Part shown: in pieces, positions 27,601 through 37,469 of the stretch | Layout of the letters: the number at the start of each line of letters is the position of its first letter | Position numbering within the stretch: position 1 is the first letter of the stretch | Virus record (IMG/VR): IMGVR_UViG_3300032074_000002 | Span: 7,526-71,525 of that record | Source: a virus | Lineage: Duplodnaviria > Caudoviricetes | Direction: 5' to 3' (one strand) | Length of the DNA stretch: 64,000 nucleotides | Notes under the pieces: generated by a model | Seen by the model: the letters and a program-made list of their open reading frames with translations, nothing else | What the model was told of the DNA's origin: nothing | Database searches by the model: none | Position numbers and translations under genes: made by a program

Positions 27601-30600
27601 GAATGGCAACTCCTTCATGGAGTTTGCCGCCTGATCAATCTGTCGAGTCAGACCGTCGAACTGTAAACTCTTCTGCAGGTCGAGGATGTCGGCCTGCTTC
27701 TGCAGGGCATCCATCTGCTTTTGCAGGGCACCGACAGAGTCACTAGACGATCCGAGCGCGCCCCGCTGCGCCTTGAGTGCCTTGATCTGGTCATCATACT
27801 TGCCAAGGATCTCGCTACCAGCTCCCATTGAGCGGGCATTGTTTCGGTTACCCATGACAGTTTCGATCTGCCCCTGCAGAGCTGCCGCCTCGTCGGCGAT
27901 GGACGAGAAGGCTCCCTTGCCGGTCTGCTGCAGCTGGTCCATCTGCAACTGAAGTCGCTTCTGTGCCATTTGATTGGCAAAGATCGCATCATCGAACGCT
28001 TGCATCCCCTTGATGGGGGTATTGGTCAGCGTGCTCAGGTGATCCTTAAGGGCAGTAATTTGATTCTGATACCCCTGGGCAACATTCTGCAAGTCACTCA
28101 GTTTGTTCTTCTGAGCATCGAGCGTCTTGTTCGCAGCATCCAGCGAGCGCTGCCAACCATCCACGACGCCCTGCTGCGCCTTGATAGCATTGTCGTACTG
28201 ATCCTGAATGTTCTTAAGATTAGACAGCTGAGCAGCCAGGTTAATGTAACTGGAAATTAGTGCGGAGCTCGCGCCCGCCTTACTGAGGTCTGCGACCTCG
28301 TTCGCCGTCTTGATCGAGTCATAACCCTTGGCGAGGTCGAGTGCAGCATTCTTGAACTGCTTGATCGAGGCGTAAGCCTGGTCGATCGGACCCTTAATTG
28401 AGGTCAACCGCCCGAACTGAGCAGTAACGACGTTCATACCGTTTGTGACGTTCTCGACCAGTGAGGGCGAGTGATGCGCAAACGGGTTAAGGTAGCTGAA
28501 CCAGTGGTAAACTGCGAGGGCTGCAGACCTGACCATGTTGACCACGGCCACGATCGCGTTCTGCACACCCTTGGGCAGCATGTCGAACGCCTGAACGATA
28601 GCGCCCGCCATGTTCTGGAAGAACCTGACGATGTTGTCCCAGATGCCCTTGAGCTTGTCGCGGAAGATGAACAGCAGGGCGACGACAGCCAGGGCCGCGA
28701 GAACCCACGGGTTCGTAAACGCCTTCATGAGCATCGGCCCACCGGCCGAGAACAGTCGGACGAGCAGTCCCCAGCCGCCCTTGGCGATCCCGACCATTCC
28801 AGACCATGTGAACTTCCAGAGGCCCTGGAGACCCATGGACACGGCAGCCCAGACCGTCTCCAGAACTCGTCCACCGGCTACTGTCGCCATGGTGAGGAGG
28901 CGCATCCCGACAACCTGGATTGCGACCAGTGCCGCCTGGAGTCCGCGCCAGATAGCACCGACGACAGAGGCGGTAGCGAGCAGGATACCTTCAAAGGCTG
29001 CCATGCCAGCTGCAGCGGCACCCCGCAGCAGTGCGCCGCCCGCCACCTGAATGGTAACAAGTAGAGCCTGCAAGGCGCGCCAGATCCCGGCGATGCCAGC
29101 ACCAGCCTCGGCGGTGATGACCTCGAGGGCGACCATCGCTGCGCGCCAGACGATTCCGAGTGCGCGGGCTCCCATCACCATGACGTTCTCGATCATCGTC
29201 ATGATGAAGGCCCAAGCGCGAGCCAGACCCGAACCAATCTCGACAGTAATGACTTCGAGCGTCGTACCGATGATAGTCCAGATCGCAGCGAGCGTCGGAC
29301 CGAAGACTGCAGTTAGCCGTCCGATGCCCTGTAGCAACAGCAACCAGAGCTTGCCAATCTTAGATGTTGCAATAATATCAGCTAGGCCAACAAAGAGTAC
29401 GGAAAAAGCTCCGTAAATGAGCGATGTAACGCTAGTCAAGCCGACAAGTAAACTGGTGCGAACCGCTGCGATCATCCCGCCCATGGCGAGAACGGCGATA
29501 CGACTGACATACCCCCAGGCCGCTGCGAACGGGCTCAGCATGACAGCGCTGACTCGAATAAAGGCTGCAGTCAGCAGTGACAGCCCACCAATAACTGCGT
29601 CAAAAGTGAACGCAGCAATGGCAGATACCACATCCCACAGTAGAGTAGCTACTGAGATGAGCGGCTTAGTCAAAAAGATAAGGGCAGGGCCAACATAGCC
29701 CAGCAGAACCTTCAGTGCGCCCATGTAGCGAACGATGGGTCCAACGGCCGCCAATAGCAGCGCGAAGACAATAATATCTTTCTGGATATTAGGCGACAGA
29801 TTATTAAAGCTCTTGGCGATGCTTGTAATCGCCATGCCCAGGCCAGTGATCGCCGGCAGCAGTGGCTGGATTGCGTCAGCCAGAGTGTTCTCCAGCATGA
29901 CCTTCATCTTAGCAAACTTGTTTGGCGAAGAGTCTAGAACAGTGTTAAGTTCCTGCTGGTAGATCTTCATGACCTTGGTACGGGCGGCTTGCGCGTCCAT
30001 ACCGTCACCAACAGCCTGCAGTGCCTTGTAGTAGTAGCTGCTGTGGTTGGCCAGTGCAGCCATGAGGACATCGAACTTGTTAAGCTGCAGTCGTGAGGCA
30101 ATCGCCGACGAGACAACCTGCTTCTGTGCGTCGCTCAGATTCTCGAAGTGCTTACTCAGAATGAGCAGCCGACCGCTAGCATCGGTGGACTTCCAACTCA
30201 CGTCAGCCATGTTGATACCCATGGCGTGCAGAAGGTCCTGAGCATCCTTGGTCGGAGCCAGGAGGCGCGAGATGATCGTCTTGAGCGCGTTACCCGCCGT
30301 GCTAGCTGAACCCGCCGCAGGCACGAGCGCAGCCGTCATGGCAGCCAGGTGAGCCACGTCGACACCCGCCGCTCTAGCCACGCCGGAGGATCGGGCCATG
30401 GACTGGATGAGATCGCCCATGGTCGTGCCGGTCTGGTTCTCGATCGCGTTGAGCTGCGCAATCGTGTATTGCAGCTGATCGGCAGACTGACCGTACTGCG
30501 CCTGGATTGCAATGAGTGCCTTTGTTGCATCGGCGGCACTGAGGTTACCCAGGACCATTGCGTCCATGGTGATCTTGGTCTGCTTGGCCAGTGCTAGACC

Positions 30601-31050
30601 AGAACTACCAGCCGAGGCCCACGCGGCGCCGATGTTGATAACGTCAGATCGGGCGACACCGTAGATCTCTGAAAGCGCCTCGAAAGAGCGACCGAGAGCA
30701 TCAGTCTCAGACTTGATCTGCTTCATCGGCATGGTGCCGTCGCCGTAGACCTTGACAAGTTCTGTCATAGCCTTGGCGTTATCGTTTGCAAACTTCACGC
30801 CAGCAGCTGTTGCAGCTATAATAGGCAGAGTGAAGTTGTAAGTCATCTGACGGCCGGCCCACTGCATCTGCGAACCGGACTTGATAAGACTGCGACTCAA
30901 TCCATCGAGTCCAGCAGCCGCACCAGCGGTGCGAGAAGCTCCTGCGGCCTGTGCCGCGGAAAGCTTGGAGATGTCGCCCTGAACCTGCTGAATCGCCTGT
31001 CTGGCCTGATTGGCCATGACCTGAATGCGGATCTGCATTACGCCGTTCAA
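24628..31050 (-). CDS. Tape measure protein with C-terminal lytic transglycosylase domain
   Basis: 2140 aa, helical, Trp-periodic repeats; IISHESGFNPYAQNPTSTAYGLFQFL...GLRYIHGRYG. Confidence 0.95.
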   Translation of the reverse strand: MNGVMQIRIQVMANQARQAIQQVQGDISKLSAAQAAGASRTAGAAAGLDGLSRSLIKSGSQMQWAGRQMTYNFTLPIIAATAAGVKFANDNAKAMTELVKVYGDGTMPMKQIKSETDALGRSFEALSEIYGVARSDVINIGAAWASAGSSGLALAKQTKITMDAMVLGNLSAADATKALIAIQAQYGQSADQLQYTIAQLNAIENQTGTTMGDLIQSMARSSGVARAAGVDVAHLAAMTAALVPAAGSASTAGNALKTIISRLLAPTKDAQDLLHAMGINMADVSWKSTDASGRLLILSKHFENLSDAQKQVVSSAIASRLQLNKFDVLMAALANHSSYYYKALQAVGDGMDAQAARTKVMKIYQQELNTVLDSSPNKFAKMKVMLENTLADAIQPLLPAITGLGMAITSIAKSFNNLSPNIQKDIIVFALLLAAVGPIVRYMGALKVLLGYVGPALIFLTKPLISVATLLWDVVSAIAAFTFDAVIGGLSLLTAAFIRVSAVMLSPFAAAWGYVSRIAVLAMGGMIAAVRTSLLVGLTSVTSLIYGAFSVLFVGLADIIATSKIGKLWLLLLQGIGRLTAVFGPTLAAIWTIIGTTLEVITVEIGSGLARAWAFIMTMIENVMVMGARALGIVWRAAMVALEVITAEAGAGIAGIWRALQALLVTIQVAGGALLRGAAAAGMAAFEGILLATASVVGAIWRGLQAALVAIQVVGMRLLTMATVAGGRVLETVWAAVSMGLQGLWKFTWSGMVGIAKGGWGLLVRLFSAGGPMLMKAFTNPWVLAALAVVALLFIFRDKLKGIWDNIVRFFQNMAGAIVQAFDMLPKGVQNAIVAVVNMVRSAALAVYHWFSYLNPFAHHSPSLVENVTNGMNVVTAQFGRLTSIKGPIDQAYASIKQFKNAALDLAKGYDSIKTANEVADLSKAGASSALISSYINLAAQLSNLKNIQDQYDNAIKAQQGVVDGWQRSLDAANKTLDAQKNKLSDLQNVAQGYQNQITALKDHLSTLTNTPIKGMQAFDDAIFANQMAQKRLQLQMDQLQQTGKGAFSSIADEAAALQGQIETVMGNRNNARSMGAGSEILGKYDDQIKALKAQRGALGSSSDSVGALQKQMDALQKQADILDLQKSLQFDGLTRQIDQAANSMKELPFDQILAGVLQDKQGISDLTDKYNAANDAVARQQAVVDAAQKKVDAVQVSYDASNQKLSDLKNSYDAVTQAIQDMNQAMSDVNAAAAGLKQAKAPKLSPTMQNFQDAAGGNFADVGGTGMVGREGGPGDQSAQIDAWTKDLQKKMGGAFGGFDMFGPFKDMWKGFVKWWDGTAWPFLKKLGKPFTHLFDGVDLGGTLSKIFGGIDFEGILSKAWSVLTSWWSTIWDIGKFLWSLIGPDVKNILGQLGDFFKSIWSSLGDLFSGLKERIGPFLDAIRNIIKIIKPVIEFFAGVFVVAIKAAFDLLVNIIKPVLDFIKTSFHNFVQFILGILDIFIGLFTGNWGKMWKGIKEVLGAIWGQIVAVVKLALGLLWAPIKTVLGWIGDLFSWLWKVAIKPVLGWIEDGWNALTSAFKWFWEHVLKPVWNAVAGAANWLWTNILKPVFTYIGSLWQSLLNDIKWAWDNVLHPVWNAIKDVANWLYKTILKPIFDAIGSVWNGLAAGFKWVWDHLLHPVFKTFSDVISAVHDGFKTAVDGIGKIWDGLKSALGKPVQWVVDFVWNNGLRNLWNWINNIWGGKDLAPFKLGFAAGGVMPGYTPGRDVHKFVSPTGGLLELSGGEAILRPEFTKALGPDWVHAANAAARSGGPNAVLQFLLASVGGGIQSHAAGGIVGLGSRTLDWINTNPIARFLTSMSPAGGIINLITDYVSKERKYTSNHGNTGIDASLGDMARDGANNIWNWIKHAATGWVAPGGGGYADYKAEIAKRAADNANALANVNLPDLSQGVTGSLAKAGAAAAVRMVANQYGWGSGAEWNALAWIISHESGFNPYAQNPTSTAYGLFQFLNSTWAGVGGHKTSDPVLQAQYGLRYIHGRYGDPIGAQRFWAANHWYDQGGLWPSGTVGINMSGGAERVLTTAQTASFEKLVNVLDHIDLVKLDARLNGSVQASQPVVYNYNGDTVTINITGDLLFPSINNGRDAETFLTNLRDMAGGSRR

Positions 31051-31170
31051 GGCGTGGGCTCCCCTCGAACCTTAAGGCTCAATCTTGGACCTCAGGTGTC
31101 CGACGGTTGCTCGTCGCATAGTACGGGCGGGCGCGGTCGCTTCGCAACGACCACGCCCGCCCAGCCTCTG

Positions 31171-31470
31171 CTACCGGCCTCTTCGACCGCCTGCTACGCC
31201 ACTGTTTCGGCGCTTCGTCTCCTGCTCTCTGGCCTTCGCTTCTCTCTCACGCTGGGCATTGCGCTCGTTGAAGATGTAGCGAATCTCCTCGATGAACTGA
31301 GGATGCTGGTCGTGAATCCCCCCAGCCATTGGGAGGTGCGCCCACCGCATATTATCCAGCAGATTGAAGTATCTGATAGATGTCGGAGGATTCTCTACCG
31401 GCTCGCCCTCAACGAACTGCTTGACCTTACGCCTGAAAGGCGGCGTCCTTCTCGTTGCGCTTGACGACAT
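31171..31470 (-). CDS. Tail assembly chaperone, downstream frame (GT-like)
   Basis: Lies between TAC and tape measure; overlaps TAC by 44 nt; no SD before its ATG. Confidence 0.75.
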   Translation of the reverse strand: MSSSATRRTPPFRRKVKQFVEGEPVENPPTSIRYFNLLDNMRWAHLPMAGGIHDQHPQFIEEIRYIFNERNAQREREAKAREQETKRRNSGVAGGRRGR

Positions 31471-31981
31471 CAGCGCGCAGGTCGTGGAGACGCTGGATCT
31501 CCTCGTCGATCTGCTCGACCGTCATGTCGGCCTGCAGCCACGGGTTCGCCTTGCGGATCGCGTCCTCCAGCTCCTCCACGATCTTCGGATTCGCCTTGTC
31601 GAGCCACCTGTGCAGCTCATCACCGGGGGTGCCGTTGTTGGAAAACGGCGCGGGCTCCCAGCCCTGACCGTCCTTGCGTCGCCGCATGAGCGACCAGCCG
31701 GTGACTGAGGACTCGATCAGCGCCTGGCGCTCACCCGCCGGGTCAGCCTTGATCCGCATGTCCTGCGAATTGCGGTTGACGTGGATGTCGCGGTTCGTCT
31801 TCTGCTGGAACTTGCTCTTCTGACCCTCGTTCATCACCTGGAAGAAGATCTGCTGCTTGCCGTCGGGCAGCGTGTAGACCTGCATCTGCTCGAAGCCGAA
31901 GTAGTCCTCGAACTGCTCGTCAGAGCTGGGCAGGACGGGCGCGTCGCCAGCAGGAGCGGGGATGGTACCGGGGAGAGTCAC
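31427..31981 (-). CDS. Tail assembly chaperone (G-like)
   Basis: Follows tail tube gene; GTG with AAAGG RBS. Confidence 0.8.
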   Translation of the reverse strand: MTLPGTIPAPAGDAPVLPSSDEQFEDYFGFEQMQVYTLPDGKQQIFFQVMNEGQKSKFQQKTNRDIHVNRNSQDMRIKADPAGERQALIESSVTGWSLMRRRKDGQGWEPAPFSNNGTPGDELHRWLDKANPKIVEELEDAIRKANPWLQADMTVEQIDEEIQRLHDLRADVVKRNEKDAAFQA

Positions 31982-32083
31982 AGTCGGTGACCTTTCTGGT
32001 CGATAGTGTATCCGTGTGCGGACGCACTGAAGGGGCGGCACCCAGGTTACGGGTGCCGCCCCTCCTTGTCCAGCGTGCGGGTG

Positions 32084-33094
32084 TTACGCGATGGTTCCGC
32101 TCCCGCTGACGACAGTTACCGTGGCGATCGGCGTCGCCGGGTCCGGGCGCAGCGCCTGGCCGGTGAGGTCCGAGTCGATGATCGTCGAACCGCTCGCCCC
32201 GTAGGCGTAGGGGTTGATCGTGAACTCGGGCAGCTCGATCTTCAGACTGCCGGTCGTCGTGCCGGTGACCATCTCGTAGGTGTTCATGGTGATGACCAGG
32301 GGAGCCTTGGTCGTCAGGCCACCGGGAGAGGTCGCTGAGCTGACACCATACACCGCCTGGCGCCACATCGCGCTGTCCTGCTCACGGATCGTGAATCCGG
32401 CCATGACTTCACGACCGGTCGGAGTGAGGTCACCGATGAAGAACGACCCGAGGCGGTAGTCATCCGAGGCGAAGTTGTTGTTCAGGTCGAACGAGAACTT
32501 CTTCGCCCCGACGTTCACGCCGTTGTACGTCAGCGTGATGTTGGTGCCCACGAGCATCGGGCCGTCGTCCCACTGCGGCGAGGCCGTGCGCACCTGACCA
32601 GCGACCTGATTCTTGGCGATCAGACCCACGGTGCCCTGCAGGTAGCCGGAAGCCTCCGCCTCTAGGTGCAGGGTGTTCATCACGACATCGGTGTAGTGGT
32701 ACACCTCGAGGCCAGAACCGATCGCCTCCTCCAGGGAGAAGAACGGCAGCTGTGCGGCGTCGGAAGGCGTGAAGGTGTGGGTATTCGCCCCCGCGACGGG
32801 CATGTCCACCTGGCTGTCCACGATGCCCAGCGCGCCCTTGAGGAGGACCGCGAGGGACTCCAGGCGCGCATAGAAGTTGTAGTCGCCCGACCACGAGACG
32901 CCACCGAGGTAGGCGTCCGCGATGTCCCGACCGCCGCCGATCTCGGGGTCGGGGATCATCAGCGTGCGGGACGGAGCCAGAGCGCCGTCCCGCAGCTTCA
33001 TGGCGACACCGGCAGTGCCAGTGTCGGCGTTGTACGTGCCGTTGACGGTCTGCGAACGGAAGATCGCCTGACCCGCCTGGGACGAGAACCCCAT
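32084..33094 (-). CDS. Major tail tube protein
   Basis: 336 aa, beta-rich, high GC3; position between terminator and TAC. Confidence 0.88.
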   Translation of the reverse strand: MGFSSQAGQAIFRSQTVNGTYNADTGTAGVAMKLRDGALAPSRTLMIPDPEIGGGRDIADAYLGGVSWSGDYNFYARLESLAVLLKGALGIVDSQVDMPVAGANTHTFTPSDAAQLPFFSLEEAIGSGLEVYHYTDVVMNTLHLEAEASGYLQGTVGLIAKNQVAGQVRTASPQWDDGPMLVGTNITLTYNGVNVGAKKFSFDLNNNFASDDYRLGSFFIGDLTPTGREVMAGFTIREQDSAMWRQAVYGVSSATSPGGLTTKAPLVITMNTYEMVTGTTTGSLKIELPEFTINPYAYGASGSTIIDSDLTGQALRPDPATPIATVTVVSGSGTIA

Positions 33095-33135
33095 GTCTTA
33101 CTGCTCCTTCGTGTGTCGGTTGTCCTCGGCCTGGC

Positions 33136-33489
33136 TCAGGCTTCGGCGTCGTCGTCGGCGGCAGCCGCGTTCTTCTCGTCGGCCTTGGCCTGGACGGTCT
33201 GCTGCTTGGCCTCGACCTTCTGCGCGGCGACGGCGGCCTGCATGGCCTCCTTCGCGTTGTTCAGCGGAGCGGCACCAGCACGGCGCTGGTGCTCCGTCGC
33301 GGCCTTCGTCCGAGCGATCTCGAGCTTGAGCGCCTCGGCCTCGGCGTCCAGGCGAGCCTTCTGGACGGCATTCGCGCCGTCGTAGAGGGCAGCCTGACGC
33401 TCCGCCTCGGCAGCCGCCAGCTCCGCACGGAGCCGCTCGACCTCGTTCTGCGACGCCTGCACGTCCTCGGTGCTGACACTACGAGCCAC
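33136..33489 (-). CDS. Ala-rich coiled-coil hypothetical protein
   Basis: High GC3; within the structural operon. Confidence 0.7.
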   Translation of the reverse strand: MARSVSTEDVQASQNEVERLRAELAAAEAERQAALYDGANAVQKARLDAEAEALKLEIARTKAATEHQRRAGAAPLNNAKEAMQAAVAAQKVEAKQQTVQAKADEKNAAAADDDAEA

Positions 33490-33979
33490 TGGTGTTCTCC
33501 GTCTCTAGTAGGACCCTGATCGTGCTGAGGTAGATGAACTGCCCTGAGACCTCGTTGCTGAGATACTGCTGAGCAGGGATACTCCATCGCAAGGTCCGTT
33601 CGGTCACACCATAGAGGGATGACGTTAGTGACCGCAAGGAGTCCCGGAGCGGTTGATCTGTGAGGATGATGCTCCGAACCATCTTGGACAACTTCGATGC
33701 GACGCGGGTACCGCGCACCTCTTCAGTGTCCTTGACCAGCGCCTGGACGAGAATATCGTAACGCTGGATCGTGGGCTCGTTGGCCGTCAGTCCACCTAGC
33801 TCGTAGGACTGCGGATCGGGCGACCAAGTACTGGCCATGACGCCGATACACTGAACTGGGTCGGTCGTATACAGCTTCCGCTGAAAGACCTTCACGTCAG
33901 GGTCTATAAGTCCAAGCCGGGTAGCAATGAGATCCACAGCGTTGTACGGCCAGAGCGGATCACCGTCATTGGTAATCAT
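33479..33979 (-). CDS. Tail terminator/completion protein
   Basis: Size and synteny; ATGA overlap. Confidence 0.7.
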   Translation of the reverse strand: MITNDGDPLWPYNAVDLIATRLGLIDPDVKVFQRKLYTTDPVQCIGVMASTWSPDPQSYELGGLTANEPTIQRYDILVQALVKDTEEVRGTRVASKLSKMVRSIILTDQPLRDSLRSLTSSLYGVTERTLRWSIPAQQYLSNEVSGQFIYLSTIRVLLETENTSGS

Positions 33980-34542
33980 GAGAAGAAGTTCACCTCGGCT
34001 CCACCCGTGGCAACGTGCTTAGCAAGGTACATACTCATTGCCACCATGAGTCGAGCCAGATCCTGCTCGCCCACGCCGAGCACAGGACGAGGCGGTACAG
34101 CGCTTCCCTGGGGAGTGAATCCACCCTGCTGAGCGATGCGAACCTTGCTCTGCATCTCAGAGTTGCCAGTGTTGCCTGGTGACCACATTGTCGCACCGAG
34201 ACTGTGAACTGCGATGCGAGGCGGGTCGTCAACGATGTGGCGCTTCATTGCGCCAGTTCTCACGTTGATCGGATGCGCTCGCCCGCCACGGATCGCCACG
34301 GTAGCGTCAGCGAGCGGAGCCCACGGTCCCGTCGTGGCGTCCCCTTCGGATGCGAACCGGGCTTCTTCGGTTTGCCGGAGGATTGGGTCGGCGTAGTCCT
34401 GAAGATAGTCGTAGCCGAGGTTCTCGTCCTCGAAAGCTGTGTAAAGGCTACGCAGTATGTTGTCAACCTGACGCGAGTCACCGAGGATCTCGATGTCCAC
34501 GTAGGGACCAGGCAGCGTTTCCTTCCAGGCATCACCAGCCAC
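33976..34542 (-). CDS. Virion morphogenesis / neck protein (Mu gpG-like)
   Basis: RFASEG...PWAPLA..T...RTG...PPRPVLG. Confidence 0.8.
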   Translation of the reverse strand: MAGDAWKETLPGPYVDIEILGDSRQVDNILRSLYTAFEDENLGYDYLQDYADPILRQTEEARFASEGDATTGPWAPLADATVAIRGGRAHPINVRTGAMKRHIVDDPPRIAVHSLGATMWSPGNTGNSEMQSKVRIAQQGGFTPQGSAVPPRPVLGVGEQDLARLMVAMSMYLAKHVATGGAEVNFFS

Positions 34543-35065
34543 GGACCCACTCCGCCTCGCGTTCCCCGATGTTCTTGGGGAAGTTCGGGTCGAAGATCAT
34601 GCCCTTCTTCTGGCCGGGCCAGAAACCGGTGAAGGCGTCGTAGAAGGCATCCACGTTGGACTGCTCTTCGGCATTATTGATCGCCGGGTTCTTTCGCTGG
34701 GCGCCAGGGTTCGGCAGCCGCACTGCGTCAAGTTCGTTCGCTCCAGCCGCAAGGGCAGCGAGCGCACCCTGCGCCTCCTTGATGAGGCTCCAGCCGTAGG
34801 CGTGAACAGTGCCTTGCTCGCCAGCGGACGCCACCGCCATGATGTAGCGTCCACTGGCGAGAAAGCGGTTGATCCGAGCGAGGATCAGTTCGACCGGACG
34901 AGGCAGGGCTCCACCGGCAGCCGACTTGGTGATCGGCGTCTCGTAGACGAAGCCCAAGGTGGCGTCGATCTCGTCGGCGGCATCCTCGAAGTACTTGTCG
35001 AGGTCAGTGGGATCGACCACCGGAACCCCGCCAAGCAGAGCCGAGTCGCTCGTCGCGTATGCCAC
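34532..35065 (-). CDS. Head-tail adaptor (Mu gp36/DUF1320-like)
   Basis: DAADEIDATLG..YETPI...AWSLIKEAQGALAALAAG-type pattern. Confidence 0.75.
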   Translation of the reverse strand: MAYATSDSALLGGVPVVDPTDLDKYFEDAADEIDATLGFVYETPITKSAAGGALPRPVELILARINRFLASGRYIMAVASAGEQGTVHAYGWSLIKEAQGALAALAAGANELDAVRLPNPGAQRKNPAINNAEEQSNVDAFYDAFTGFWPGQKKGMIFDPNFPKNIGEREAEWVRGW

Positions 35066-35081
35066 CTTGAGCTTCCTCTAC

Positions 35082-35597
35082 TTACTCGTTGTCGTCGTCG
35101 TCGTCGTCGCTGCTGCTGGCCGCGCTGTGGGAGCCGCGCTTGCGAGTGCTGGCCGGGACCGGCGGCAGCTGTGGGGTGTCGCCCGACTCGGTGTTCTCGT
35201 CGGAGTCCTCGACGGCCGAGTCCTCGGCGGGAACGGACGCCGTGCCAGCCTCGCGCGGACCAGCGGTTCCGAGCGAGGTGGACGGGTGCGGGGTGTGACT
35301 CGGGTGCTGGAGGACGAGAACGCGCTCACTGGCCTCCTGCTCCGCGTCAACGGTCGGACCTTCCTCAGCCTGAAAGGGCTGACGAAAGACACCCGAGTAC
35401 GTCCGATACTCCGGCGAGACGCCGACGAAGCCCGACGTGTCCTGGTCCTCGACGGCGTAGGGAGCAGGTGCGTCCTTCTCCTTCACGTCCTCCGGAACCT
35501 CGGCCTCGTTGCCGTCGGCGTTGGCCTCAGCCAGCGAGTCGAGGTACAGCTCGTGACGGGAAGGCACCCGCTCCGGAGCCTGATTCTCTTCGGCCAT
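35082..35597 (-). CDS. Very acidic hypothetical protein after the capsid gene
   Basis: GAGGA RBS; D/E-rich; poly-D C-terminus. Confidence 0.75.
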   Translation of the reverse strand: MAEENQAPERVPSRHELYLDSLAEANADGNEAEVPEDVKEKDAPAPYAVEDQDTSGFVGVSPEYRTYSGVFRQPFQAEEGPTVDAEQEASERVLVLQHPSHTPHPSTSLGTAGPREAGTASVPAEDSAVEDSDENTESGDTPQLPPVPASTRKRGSHSAASSSDDDDDDNE

Positions 35598-35687
35598 GGT
35601 TTCCTCTCTCAGGTGGACCTTCCTGTGGTCAGTCGGACGGCCCGGTCGTACCCTCCCCGACAGAGGTTCGACCGGGCCGTCCTCAGA

Positions 35688-36923
35688 TCACAGGACGGTG
35701 AGCGTGTACGTGTGATCCATGTACGGGAAGACCGGGAAAGCCTTGACACCAGAACCGCGGACGGTCTGCCACGGGTCCTTCGTCTCGACCTCCCACTCGT
35801 AGTACCCGGACTGCCAGTTGCCCTCGGGGTGCGGCGAGGTGAGGGTCTTAGCGAAGCCGATCTGCGTCTCGTCCACGACACCGAGCGTCGCACCCGAGGG
35901 CTGCGGCGCGGTGATGCCGAGATCCGCGTCGGTCGGAACGAAGAAGATCTTGTTGTCCGACGTGAAGCGGTTGTTCTGCATCGTCTGGCTTCCGACGGCG
36001 CGCGTCCGGTAGATCGAGTCGTACTCGATGAACTTGACGCCCGTCACGTCTTCCACGATCTGCTGTGCCCGCTGTGGACCCCAGCCCGGGAGCAGGTAGT
36101 TCGGGTCGATCGGGGTGGAAGGCGTGCCTGCCGTGACGCCAGCCATGGTCGTGAAGTGGCTGGACTTCCACAGCGTCATCAGGACTCGACGGCTGGTGAT
36201 CGCACGACTGAACCGGAAGCCGTAGGTGTCGTACATCCACTGGTTCAGTGCGATGATGTCGCCGATGGGGTCGTGAGTCGTCCCGTTGTACAGACCAGAG
36301 GCCGGAGCCTGCTCGTGCTGGTTGGCGGGGCGACCGAAGTCCACGGTGAACTTGATCTTGCCGTCATTGTAGACGATCTTACCCGTCTCGATCGCCGTCA
36401 TGATCAGCCACTCCATTCGGTTGTCGAGCATGGTGCGACGCCTCGCGTCGTCACGCACGACCTTGGACTGGAGGTCAGCAGCCGGGGACCAGTCGTCGTT
36501 GATGTAGCCCGACAAGCCCGACAGCTGCAGCGTCTGACCCTGGAGGGCCTGACGGATGATCAGGTCGTCCCGGTATCGGGTCACGTCGGACGCGGAGTAC
36601 TCGTCCTTCAGAGCCCAGTCGATCACCGAGGCGCGACCCGTGCCGCTGACCAGCACGTCCTTCTGACTCAGCTCCGACTCCGCGTCTTCCGCGCGGGCCG
36701 GGGCCAGACCCATAGACAGGCCGTCCTTGATGTAGTCGAACAGCACGTCGTCGCTGGCGACGGACAGGAACGGCGCGATCTGGGTCAGACCGATGTGCCC
36801 TTCCGGGTACGGCCGCTCCCGGATGACGCCGAGGGCGACCTCCTTGCGGATCAGGCGGTCGAGAGGGAGCTGGCTCGTGGCGAAGTTGCTCCGCTGGCCA
36901 CCACCCGCGAGGGGCATCGACAT
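35688..36923 (-). CDS. Major capsid protein (lambda gpE-like family)
   Basis: 411 aa, highest GC3; follows protease and decoration genes. Confidence 0.88.
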   Translation of the reverse strand: MSMPLAGGGQRSNFATSQLPLDRLIRKEVALGVIRERPYPEGHIGLTQIAPFLSVASDDVLFDYIKDGLSMGLAPARAEDAESELSQKDVLVSGTGRASVIDWALKDEYSASDVTRYRDDLIIRQALQGQTLQLSGLSGYINDDWSPAADLQSKVVRDDARRRTMLDNRMEWLIMTAIETGKIVYNDGKIKFTVDFGRPANQHEQAPASGLYNGTTHDPIGDIIALNQWMYDTYGFRFSRAITSRRVLMTLWKSSHFTTMAGVTAGTPSTPIDPNYLLPGWGPQRAQQIVEDVTGVKFIEYDSIYRTRAVGSQTMQNNRFTSDNKIFFVPTDADLGITAPQPSGATLGVVDETQIGFAKTLTSPHPEGNWQSGYYEWEVETKDPWQTVRGSGVKAFPVFPYMDHTYTLTVL

Positions 36924-36966
36924 TCTCTTGTCTCCTTCGTTCAGTCAGTCGATGAGGGGGTTGGCC

Positions 36967-37428
36967 TCAGCGGAACCGGATGTCGAGGTTCTTCTTGGCG
37001 ACCATAGCCGCCGCCGTGGCGTCGGACAGGGCCGCGAAGGTGCCGTCAGCCTGCTGCTCCAGGCACCAGCCCTGGACGACAGCCGCCTCGTAGACGACGC
37101 CGACCTCCACGTCGCGCTCGATGGTCTGCCACGGGAGGAAGGTGCGGTTGATGCCGACGATGTTCGCCGGGTCAGACCGACCATCCGTGACGCCCACGGT
37201 GTCGAGCGAGTACGGGCCAACCTTGCCAGCGTCAGCGCCGGACATGATCTTGGCGAGGACCGTGCCAGGCTGCACGATCTTCTGGTCGGGCCAGCCGTCG
37301 ATGGTCTGGACCGGGATCGTCGCGGCCGCGAGGGTGGCGCTGTCCACCTTGAGGTCGCGCGTGGACCGAAGAAACTGGTTCTTGCCGAAGGGGGTGTAGA
37401 AGCCGCCACCCTTGGTGAAACTCGCCAT
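36967..37428 (-). CDS. Head decoration protein (gpD-like)
   Basis: 153 aa between scaffold and capsid; PGTVLAK...GKVGPY motif. Confidence 0.8.
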   Translation of the reverse strand: MASFTKGGGFYTPFGKNQFLRSTRDLKVDSATLAAATIPVQTIDGWPDQKIVQPGTVLAKIMSGADAGKVGPYSLDTVGVTDGRSDPANIVGINRTFLPWQTIERDVEVGVVYEAAVVQGWCLEQQADGTFAALSDATAAAMVAKKNLDIRFR

Positions 37429-37469
37429 GTCTCTGTCTCTCTCTCCTTGTTCCTACCGAGGGCGGTGGA

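Noticed and set aside
24628-31050. Transglycosylase domain and Trp repeats in the tape measure as a novelty
   Set aside because: Routine for actinophage tape measure proteins
34959-37007. 682-aa + strand ORF
   Set aside because: Antisense shadow of the high-GC3 capsid and adjacent genes; no motifs
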